A stretch of DNA of 64,000 nucleotides from a virus, in IMG/VR virus record IMGVR_UViG_3300043409_001877, positions 64,001 to 128,000 of that record. The stretch is one strand, 5' to 3'. This document shows positions 57,066-64,000 of this stretch, in pieces. The notes below the pieces were generated by a model. That model searched no databases and was not told the origin of the DNA. It saw nothing but the letters and a program-made list of their open reading frames with translations. The position numbers were made by a program, and so were the translations under genes. Positions within the stretch are counted from its first letter, which is position 1; each line of letters begins with the position of its first letter.

Positions 57066-57284
57066 ATGAAAAACGAAAAATTACAAGAGCTTATAGATAC
57101 ACATGGTAGCAAATCAAATAAAGATTTAGCTAATATTTTATTAACTTTAAAAGCTGATTTTGAAAATATAAAAAAAACAATTATTGAATTAACTGAAACT
57201 CTTGAAGAAGTTGAAGTAACTTACGATCACGTTTATAATGAACTGCAAAAAAGGTTAAAATTTAAAGATACGGATGAAAGCTGA
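57066..57284 (+). CDS. Small coiled-coil hypothetical protein
   Basis: ATG at 57066 preferred over the TTG start in the track; 72 aa. Confidence 0.6.
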   Translation: MKNEKLQELIDTHGSKSNKDLANILLTLKADFENIKKTIIELTETLEEVEVTYDHVYNELQKRLKFKDTDES

Positions 57285-58941
57285 TTACGTTATAGGTATT
57301 TGTGTTAGTAATGACGATCCTAAAAATTTAGGGCGAATAAGAGCTATCCCTTTAACTGATTTGGGTACAAACGCTTCGTCAAACCAAGTTAAAAATTATG
57401 TAGTACAACAAGACACTATGGCTGAGGCTTCTAAATTATACAAACCTTGGGTTATGACATACTCAACATCTGTTAATGGAGACGCTTACAGAGAAAAAGA
57501 TAAATTTTTATGTGAACCGTACTTACCTAAAAATATTGGTTTAATACCAAATTTTGGTCAACTAGTTAAAATACTAAAGTATGATGAAAACACACAACCC
57601 AATGAATTTATAGGGCCTTACACCATTGATCAAATCACATTAACAGAACAATTTTATGCTATTGTTAGTAACTTACAAAAAAATAATGATTTAGCAAGTG
57701 TAATACCTAATAAATCAAAAACATGGTTATCTGGTTATAAAAATGAACAAGTAATTGTTGGTGGTGATGAATTTATTGCACGTTTAGATTATATTGGTTC
57801 GGATAAAACTAAAAAAACAACATACCCATTCATACAATTATCACAATTTAGTAATAGTTCTAAAATGGTTTTATTAACAAAATCTGTGGACGTAACACCA
57901 GACCCTAGAATAGATTTTATATGTCAATTATATATTAATTACACACCAAAAACAACAGCAACTGATAAAAATATTATAGGTACAATTTTATTATTTGATG
58001 CTAAAGTGTTAAAAAATTCACAAGGTACTATTGGCTTAACTAAAAAAACAATTTTACCTAAAAATGAATATATAACAAGGGGTTCCGATAATTATTTAGT
58101 TAAACATTTAATAAATAGTAATGATTTTTCAAATTTTAAAGCTATAGTTGATAACATATTAAGATCCTACGAAAATAAAACTGAAGTAGCTTATTTTAAT
58201 ATGAATGTAACATCAAATACTCAAAAAATAGAAGATGCTAAACACACAATTATTGTAACCAATAAAATACCAGATAGCCCAAATAGTGGTGGGGCTACAT
58301 CACCCAGGAATATTGTCAGCGGATTAAAGAATTGGATATTTAGATTAAAACCAGATACTAATATTAATAATTACGTTGGTACTTTTACACAACCAAATTT
58401 ACCAAATAATAATATTGAAACAATTAAATATAATGATTTTGTTGCGTTAGATTCTTTTATAACAAAGTATAAAAATTTTATTCCGTATGGAGCTGAATTA
58501 AAAAATAACACCCCAAAATTTGAAAACCAGACTACCTTCTACCCTGAACCAACAAATGAAAAACAATCAACGTATATAACATATAGTGATAAATTTATAT
58601 TTCTAAGTAGCAAAAAAAATCCAGATAAAATAAGCACTACCAACAATACTGATGGATTATCATCTGAAGATGTGGCTAAGCTTTTAAATAGGATTGAGGA
58701 TCCTAATAAAGTAAACCCCGATAAAACATATGGGGTTATTCGTGGTGAAAGGTTAATAGATTTACTTAAAAATTTACTTGTGGCGTTTAAAAATCATGGG
58801 CATACGGCTGGAGTTCCAGTGGTTGGTTCTCTAGCTCAAACATCAATAATAGAAATTGATGCGATTTTAGAGAGTATAAACAAAGAATTAGATGTTAATT
58901 CAGATGGTATTATAATTAATCATAACTTTAGACATAATTAA
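57274..58941 (+). CDS. Baseplate central spike protein (gp5/gpV-like)
   Basis: N-terminal OB-fold motif GICVSNDDPKNLGRIRA; C-terminal RGE.L..LL......NHGH. Confidence 0.65.
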   Translation: MKADYVIGICVSNDDPKNLGRIRAIPLTDLGTNASSNQVKNYVVQQDTMAEASKLYKPWVMTYSTSVNGDAYREKDKFLCEPYLPKNIGLIPNFGQLVKILKYDENTQPNEFIGPYTIDQITLTEQFYAIVSNLQKNNDLASVIPNKSKTWLSGYKNEQVIVGGDEFIARLDYIGSDKTKKTTYPFIQLSQFSNSSKMVLLTKSVDVTPDPRIDFICQLYINYTPKTTATDKNIIGTILLFDAKVLKNSQGTIGLTKKTILPKNEYITRGSDNYLVKHLINSNDFSNFKAIVDNILRSYENKTEVAYFNMNVTSNTQKIEDAKHTIIVTNKIPDSPNSGGATSPRNIVSGLKNWIFRLKPDTNINNYVGTFTQPNLPNNNIETIKYNDFVALDSFITKYKNFIPYGAELKNNTPKFENQTTFYPEPTNEKQSTYITYSDKFIFLSSKKNPDKISTTNNTDGLSSEDVAKLLNRIEDPNKVNPDKTYGVIRGERLIDLLKNLLVAFKNHGHTAGVPVVGSLAQTSIIEIDAILESINKELDVNSDGIIINHNFRHN

Positions 58942-58954
58942 AATATTTATTAAC

Positions 58955-60463
58955 ATGGGAATATACCGCACATACTTTGACAAGAATAACACTATAATTA
59001 AAGATTCTGATGTTAACACTGGTAGAAACCAGGTTTCTGAGTTATATTTTGGTGAAAATATCAGCAGACTTTTGTTTTATTGTTCATTTGATGAGCTTAA
59101 AAATAAGGTAGATGGTAAAGAAATTATATTGGAAAATAATGTTAAACATTATTTAAAAATAAAAAATACATCCAATTTTGATATAACAGCTTATTTATCA
59201 GATAGTAATGATTTGGTATTTAGTGATAAATACAGATCATCATCTTTTGATTTGGAGTTAAGATCAATGAAAGAATTTTGGGATGAAGGTATGGGGTATG
59301 ATTTTCAGTTAAGCCCAATAGCAAGACCCCAAGATAGAGATTTTAGCAAAGAACCGTCTAATTGGTTTAACGGTACTTTAGCCAAAACATTTTTAAACCC
59401 AGGTGGTACGTTATCAGACAACATAATAGGTACACAACATTTTGATAAAGGGAATGAAGATGTTCTAATTGATATTACTAGTTTTGTTAATGACGTTCTA
59501 ATCAATGGTATAACCACAGGAATAACCACAGGAATAACCACAGGAATAACCACAGGAATTACAACTGGTATAACTACTGGTATAACTACTGGGTCTACAA
59601 TTACAACGGGCATAACCACAGGAATAACTACTGGTTATACAACTGGAATAACTTATAATTACCAAGGATTCTGTTTAAAATATACCGATACTTATGAAAC
59701 GTTAATTTTTGACGATTTAAGGTCTTATGTTTTAGGTTTATTCACAAAATACACACAAACGTTTTTTGAACCGTTTATAGAGACTGTTTATGACGATCAT
59801 ATTAACGACAATAGAGTTGATTTTTATTTAAATAAAGTGAATAACTTATATCTGTATGTTAATGTGGATGGTGGCATGAGCAATCTCGATCAATTGCCTG
59901 TGTGTAAAATAAATAATATCCCCTATACAGTTAAACAAAAAACAAAAGGTGTTTATTATGCTGAAATATTTGCATCTGGCGACACCTTTGATTCGTATGT
60001 TGAATATAACGATATCTGGTCTAACATTAAAATTAACGGTGTTAATAGACCAGATATTAGAATGAAATTTATACCTAAAGAAGATACCGATTATTATCAA
60101 ATAGGTTCTGATGTCATGGAACCAACAAGATACGGTATATCTTTAAGTGGTATTAAACGTGAAGAAAAAATAGGTCAGGGTGAGAAGAGAAAAGTCTACG
60201 TTCATTTAAGAAAACCATATACTGTCGAACAAAATGATGTTTTATCTAAAGTTTATTATAGATTATATATTAAACAAGGTGCTAATCAAGTTGAAATAGT
60301 TAATTGGCAAAATATTGATAAAACTTATAACTCAAATAGCTTTACTATTGATACAACATGGTTAGTTCCACAAGTTTATTATATCGACATCAAAGTTGAA
60401 AGAAATGGTGAACTCAACCAATATAATGAAGAGTTGAAATTCACAATAGTAAGTAAATTCTAA
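58955..60463 (+). CDS. Structural protein containing a (GITT)n repeat
   Basis: WDEG.GYD, F...T.T.FEPFIE motifs; preceded by AATATTTAT. Confidence 0.65.
   Translation: MGIYRTYFDKNNTIIKDSDVNTGRNQVSELYFGENISRLLFYCSFDELKNKVDGKEIILENNVKHYLKIKNTSNFDITAYLSDSNDLVFSDKYRSSSFDLELRSMKEFWDEGMGYDFQLSPIARPQDRDFSKEPSNWFNGTLAKTFLNPGGTLSDNIIGTQHFDKGNEDVLIDITSFVNDVLINGITTGITTGITTGITTGITTGITTGITTGSTITTGITTGITTGYTTGITYNYQGFCLKYTDTYETLIFDDLRSYVLGLFTKYTQTFFEPFIETVYDDHINDNRVDFYLNKVNNLYLYVNVDGGMSNLDQLPVCKINNIPYTVKQKTKGVYYAEIFASGDTFDSYVEYNDIWSNIKINGVNRPDIRMKFIPKEDTDYYQIGSDVMEPTRYGISLSGIKREEKIGQGEKRKVYVHLRKPYTVEQNDVLSKVYYRLYIKQGANQVEIVNWQNIDKTYNSNSFTIDTTWLVPQVYYIDIKVERNGELNQYNEELKFTIVSKF
59507..59653 (+). repeat. In-frame 12-nt tandem repeat encoding (GITT) x ~12
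   Basis: ATAACCACAGGA x4 identical, then synonymous variants plus GST and GYT interruptions. Confidence 0.95.
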
Positions 60464-60858
60464 TGGTATTAACGTATATAAACCCACTAAATAAAAATTA
60501 CTTAGGTGAATACACTTACGAGTTTCTTTTTTCAAAGAATGTGGAGATAAACTTTGGTGACGACTGGGATGTTAATCCTTCTGCTAGTGGTAGTTTAACA
60601 CCACCGCCAATTGATGACATTGAAATTGTCGCTTTGTTAAAAACAACTGAAATTGAATTAGATTTAGCTATAACATCAGATTATTTTTCAATGTACGATT
60701 GTGTTGAAAATGTTGTTGCTATGGGTTGGGAAAAAGAATCCCCTGAGAATGATATTAGATTAGTGTTTCACTTTGGTGAATCATTAGAAAGTGTTAAAAA
60801 TAAAATTTATAGTAGAGATAAAATAATGGAAATAGTAAAACAACCAGAAAATGAATAA
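60463..60858 (+). CDS. Hypothetical protein
   Basis: Coupled 131-aa ORF. Confidence 0.65.
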   Translation: MVLTYINPLNKNYLGEYTYEFLFSKNVEINFGDDWDVNPSASGSLTPPPIDDIEIVALLKTTEIELDLAITSDYFSMYDCVENVVAMGWEKESPENDIRLVFHFGESLESVKNKIYSRDKIMEIVKQPENE

Positions 60859-61525
60859 AAATCAATTTATAAACAAATTAAAAGAAGCGGTAACTAAAGG
60901 TGTTATGGATGTTGTGGCAGATCCACGTAAATTAGATCTAATAAATAAAAATTTAGATGCTTTAAAAGTAAAATTAACAGACATGGGCTTAGTTCAAGAA
61001 GAAATTGATGAAGCCTTGGATATGGGTAAAGATTACGATAACTCAACTGATTTTTACAAAGATATTATCGATCACTTGATGTATAAAAAATTTCGTCTCA
61101 GTTATTTTAACCCAGTTGAACATGAAAAACCTCGCTCATTGGAACCAGAAGATACCGATCCTCAATTAAAATTGGATTTTCAATCAGATAAAAAAGACGT
61201 TGAAGTGAAAAAAAACGAAACAAAACCAATATCTCAAATGTCGCAACAAGAATTCAGTGAATTTGAACTTAATATAACTGGTTATGGTTCTAGTGATTTA
61301 TTATATGTGATCAGCCGAATCAAAAATGCACTTGGAAAAGAATATACTGAAAATAATGGTATAGGAAATCCATTAAAAGAACCTTATATTTTATTACAAA
61401 ACTTAAATAAATCAAAAATAAATGAAGAAAAGTTTGTAGATTCAGAAATTTTTCGTATCATTGCAGAGTCGGAAACACCGAAAATCTCAAAACAAGAGAT
61501 TATTGATTATTTAAAAATTAAATAA
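60851..61525 (+). CDS. Hypothetical protein (possible head/internal protein)
   Basis: Coupled acidic 224-aa ORF. Confidence 0.6.
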   Translation: MNKNQFINKLKEAVTKGVMDVVADPRKLDLINKNLDALKVKLTDMGLVQEEIDEALDMGKDYDNSTDFYKDIIDHLMYKKFRLSYFNPVEHEKPRSLEPEDTDPQLKLDFQSDKKDVEVKKNETKPISQMSQQEFSEFELNITGYGSSDLLYVISRIKNALGKEYTENNGIGNPLKEPYILLQNLNKSKINEEKFVDSEIFRIIAESETPKISKQEIIDYLKIK

Positions 61526-61526
61526 A

Positions 61527-61643
61527 ATGAATACAACTAAAGAAACTGAAACACCAGTTATTACCCCAACGATCAATCCTACGCAGGATCCATCTAAGAT
61601 TAAATTTCCAAAGCCAGCTATAAAACCAAAACCTCAGGCTTAA
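61527..61643 (+). CDS. 38-aa Pro/Thr/Lys-rich micro-ORF
   Basis: MNTTKETETPVITPTINPTQDPSKIKFPKPAIKPKPQA*; ATG one base after the upstream stop. Confidence 0.55.
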   Translation: MNTTKETETPVITPTINPTQDPSKIKFPKPAIKPKPQA

Positions 61644-61646
61644 AAA

Positions 61647-61678
61647 TTTGCGTATTAAATAAATTATTCTTATCTTTG
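61647..61678 (+). promoter_or_regulatory. Bacteroidota-type promoter TTTG-N20-TATCTTTG
   Basis: TTTG 61647-50 and TATCTTTG 61671-78; identical architecture to the promoter at 31955. Confidence 0.75.
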
Positions 61679-61707
61679 CCCTATAAATAAAATTATAGGG
61701 CATTTTT

Positions 61708-62832
61708 ATGAGAAAAATAAACATAAACCTTGAGGGGTATTCGAATATCATCAATCCTGATATTCTTAAAAGAGTAGCAAACAGAAATCATACTATGGCT
61801 AAAATGCCATATTACGATAAAAAAACAGAACCGACCCAATTACATGAGGAACTTATAACTGAAAGTAGATTCAAGGAGTTATCAGATTCCTATTCTAATA
61901 CTTTCAATTCACCAAAGGATAGTATAAATCCAATGATGGTTATGATGCAAGCTGGTGGTAATGGTATGCAAATTATGGATATTGAAAAACCTAAAAGAAA
62001 AGAATTGTGTCGTTTAGTTGAAAAAATAATTAGAAACGACTTCAAGTTGGGTAAAGATGAACTTATTTTTGATTTAGAAATAGTTGATGTCGGTGGCTGT
62101 TCTTTCCCTGAAGAAATGGATACCGATAAAAAAGTGGAAGAGGATTTTGAACAAACTAATGATTTAGATGTTCTTAAGAAAAGAACCATAAACGCCCTAT
62201 CTCAAGGAGCCGCATTAAAATCACATTATATTTTTCATTTACACCATAATGAATTTGAAAAATTATGTCCAAGTGTTACACCCATTTATCAGAAAGCTTT
62301 AATAGCTAATGATTTAATATACTTTATGTTAAGCGATGATGATTTAAATGCTCAGTTAGCTTCTGGTGATGATTCAGCGAATGCTGGGTATTGCAAAATA
62401 AATTGGGAAGGTGATGTTCCTGTGTTAGAGGCTAAAGCTATCAGCGCACCAATATTAATTCATGAAATTACCAAATGTATAATTACATTTTTGTCAATCC
62501 CAGGTATCCAAAATATGGATCAAGAGACTATTGATGAAACTGATTTTGTTATGGCTGAACTTTGGGATATTAGATTTGGCCCTACAATTTGGGTTGAATT
62601 TCATGATTGTATTGATATTGATGATTATGATGTGAAAAAATTAATCATTATGGAGCTATTTAAGCTCGAATCTAAGACGTTTATTGACTTTATGACTAAT
62701 GTGTTTAATAATAAAGAAAAAGCCAAGAGAGAGGTTAAAAACATAGTTAAAGATATACGTAGAAAGATTGTTGATTATACTTTTGAACAAGACTTGGATA
62801 ATATTGATTTAGGGGATTTGGGTTTATTATAA
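61708..62832 (+). CDS. Conserved-looking phage hypothetical protein
   Basis: KRTINALSQGAA.K.HY.F, LIHEITK, E.WDIRFGP.IW motifs. Confidence 0.7.
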   Translation: MRKININLEGYSNIINPDILKRVANRNHTMAKMPYYDKKTEPTQLHEELITESRFKELSDSYSNTFNSPKDSINPMMVMMQAGGNGMQIMDIEKPKRKELCRLVEKIIRNDFKLGKDELIFDLEIVDVGGCSFPEEMDTDKKVEEDFEQTNDLDVLKKRTINALSQGAALKSHYIFHLHHNEFEKLCPSVTPIYQKALIANDLIYFMLSDDDLNAQLASGDDSANAGYCKINWEGDVPVLEAKAISAPILIHEITKCIITFLSIPGIQNMDQETIDETDFVMAELWDIRFGPTIWVEFHDCIDIDDYDVKKLIIMELFKLESKTFIDFMTNVFNNKEKAKREVKNIVKDIRRKIVDYTFEQDLDNIDLGDLGLL

Positions 62833-62863
62833 AATAAAAACTATTTATATGTAAACTTAATTA

Positions 62864-64000
62864 GTGAATATTACAGATAAAAGACAATTATTAGTCGAAT
62901 ACACAAAATGTGCGAAAGACCCGTCCTATGCTATTGAGAGTTACTTTGAAACTTTCGATAAAACACAGGAGGGGTTTGTTCCATTTAAATTATTTGATAA
63001 ACAAAAAACGTTAATAACAAATTACGAAGAAAATAGATTTAATCTAGTTTTAAAATATAGACAAGCTGGTATATCAACAGTTACAGCAGCATATGCCGCA
63101 GTAAAAACAGCTTTTGCGTTATCAGATAACCCAGAAAGGGTGTTAATTCTAGCCAATAAACAAGAAACCGCTGTTGAATTCTTAAATAAGATTACTAGTT
63201 TTATAAAACAATTACCAAGCTGGTCTAATGTTTCATTTATCAAAGCTTCTCAAAAACATGTTAAATTATCTAACGGATCTGAACTTAAAGCTGTAGCAAC
63301 ATCAACAGATGCTTTGCGTGGTTATACACCAACAATGATGATTTTAGATGAGGCTGCCTTTATCGAGGGTGGTCAATCTTTATGGTCAGCTTGTTTGGCT
63401 GCAATTGGTACGGGTGGTAAAGCATTTTTAATTTCAACACCAAATGGTTTAGATGAAATTTATTACGAAGCGTATGAAGGTGCTGTTAGTGCCACTAACA
63501 AATTCAAAATTACCCATTTAAGATGGTGGCAAGATCCACGTTTTAATAAAGACTTACGTTTGATTAAAACAAACGATATGATTACTTGGATTGAAAAACC
63601 TGAAAAAGAAAAAACGGAAGATGTTATTGAAGGTGCTAACGTATTACATTTTGATGTGATAATGAAATTCATTGAAGATGGTTATAGACCTCACTCAACA
63701 TGGTATGAGAATATGTGTAGGGATATGAATCTTAATAGACGTATGATCAACCAAGAATTAGAATGCGCTTTTATTGGTTCTGGTGATAACGTAATTGAAG
63801 GTCAGGTATTAAGAAAGCAAGAAGAAATGAACGTACAAGAACCATCATTTAAAGATAAAGAATGGGATAATAACGTTTGGGTTTGGCAAATGCCACAAAA
63901 AGGTCATAGATATATTTTAGCCCTTGACGTTTCACGTGGCGACTCTGAAGATGCTACTGGTTTGTGTATTATTGATTATGATACCTTTGAACAAGTATTG
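62864..64000 (+). CDS. terL: Terminase large subunit (T4 gp17-like), 3' truncated by the window
   Basis: GTG start at 62864; KYRQAGIST (Walker A), MMILDEAAF (Walker B), ISTPNG, QELEC.F, LALDVSRGDSED nuclease motif. Missing from the ORF track. Confidence 0.93.
   Translation, partial: MNITDKRQLLVEYTKCAKDPSYAIESYFETFDKTQEGFVPFKLFDKQKTLITNYEENRFNLVLKYRQAGISTVTAAYAAVKTAFALSDNPERVLILANKQETAVEFLNKITSFIKQLPSWSNVSFIKASQKHVKLSNGSELKAVATSTDALRGYTPTMMILDEAAFIEGGQSLWSACLAAIGTGGKAFLISTPNGLDEIYYEAYEGAVSATNKFKITHLRWWQDPRFNKDLRLIKTNDMITWIEKPEKEKTEDVIEGANVLHFDVIMKFIEDGYRPHSTWYENMCRDMNLNRRMINQELECAFIGSGDNVIEGQVLRKQEEMNVQEPSFKDKEWDNNVWVWQMPQKGHRYILALDVSRGDSEDATGLCIIDYDTFEQVL

Noticed and set aside
59305-59619. 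Minus-strand ORF with (PVVI)n, and the repeat as a possible CRISPR array
   Set aside because: Mirror of the GITT repeat; 12-nt units with no spacers and no cas genes.
63022-63672. Two minus-strand ORFs
   Set aside because: Antisense to the terminase large subunit, which has clear motifs.
1-64000. Stop-codon reassignment, tRNA genes, DGR, integrase or IS elements
   Set aside because: Long ORFs tile the window under the standard code, with TAG and TGA used as real stops (e.g. 49508, 54680). No cloverleaf, reverse transcriptase, TR/VR pair or recombinase was recognised by eye.

Overview
AT-rich, gene-dense, standard-code segment of a large (jumbo-type) contractile-tailed dsDNA phage with distant T4-like structural genes. 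Left (mostly minus strand): tail/baseplate module with sheath, tube, tail-assembly chaperone (candidate frameshift), tape measure, a 2550-aa baseplate/tube-initiator-like protein carrying an OmpA-like domain, a LysM protein and neck/terminator genes. Middle (plus strand): SNF2 helicase, Gp88-like protein, neck/fibre proteins, a family B DNA polymerase with a ~125-aa macrodomain-like insertion inside its exonuclease domain, and small putative head proteins. From ~38 to 54 kb lies a ~16-kb glycan/nucleotide island: at least 8 glycosyltransferase-like domains, NeuB, NeuA, KdsC, Maf-like and CstII-like transferases, 3 methyltransferases, dUTPase, HD protein and PhoH. Right: sigma-like factor, spike/baseplate genes and the start of the terminase large subunit. 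TTG-N20-TAnn(T/A)TTG promoters and the lack of SD motifs point to a Bacteroidota host; a separate (C/A)TATTTAT motif marks structural genes. Most interesting hypotheses: (1) a polymerase with a built-in ADP-ribose-handling domain, possibly anti-DarTG; (2) a phage-encoded nonulosonic-acid (KDN/sialic-like) glycosylation system whose substrates may be [S/T]-G-x-T motifs enriched in virion proteins. All functional calls come from motifs read by eye; no database search was run.
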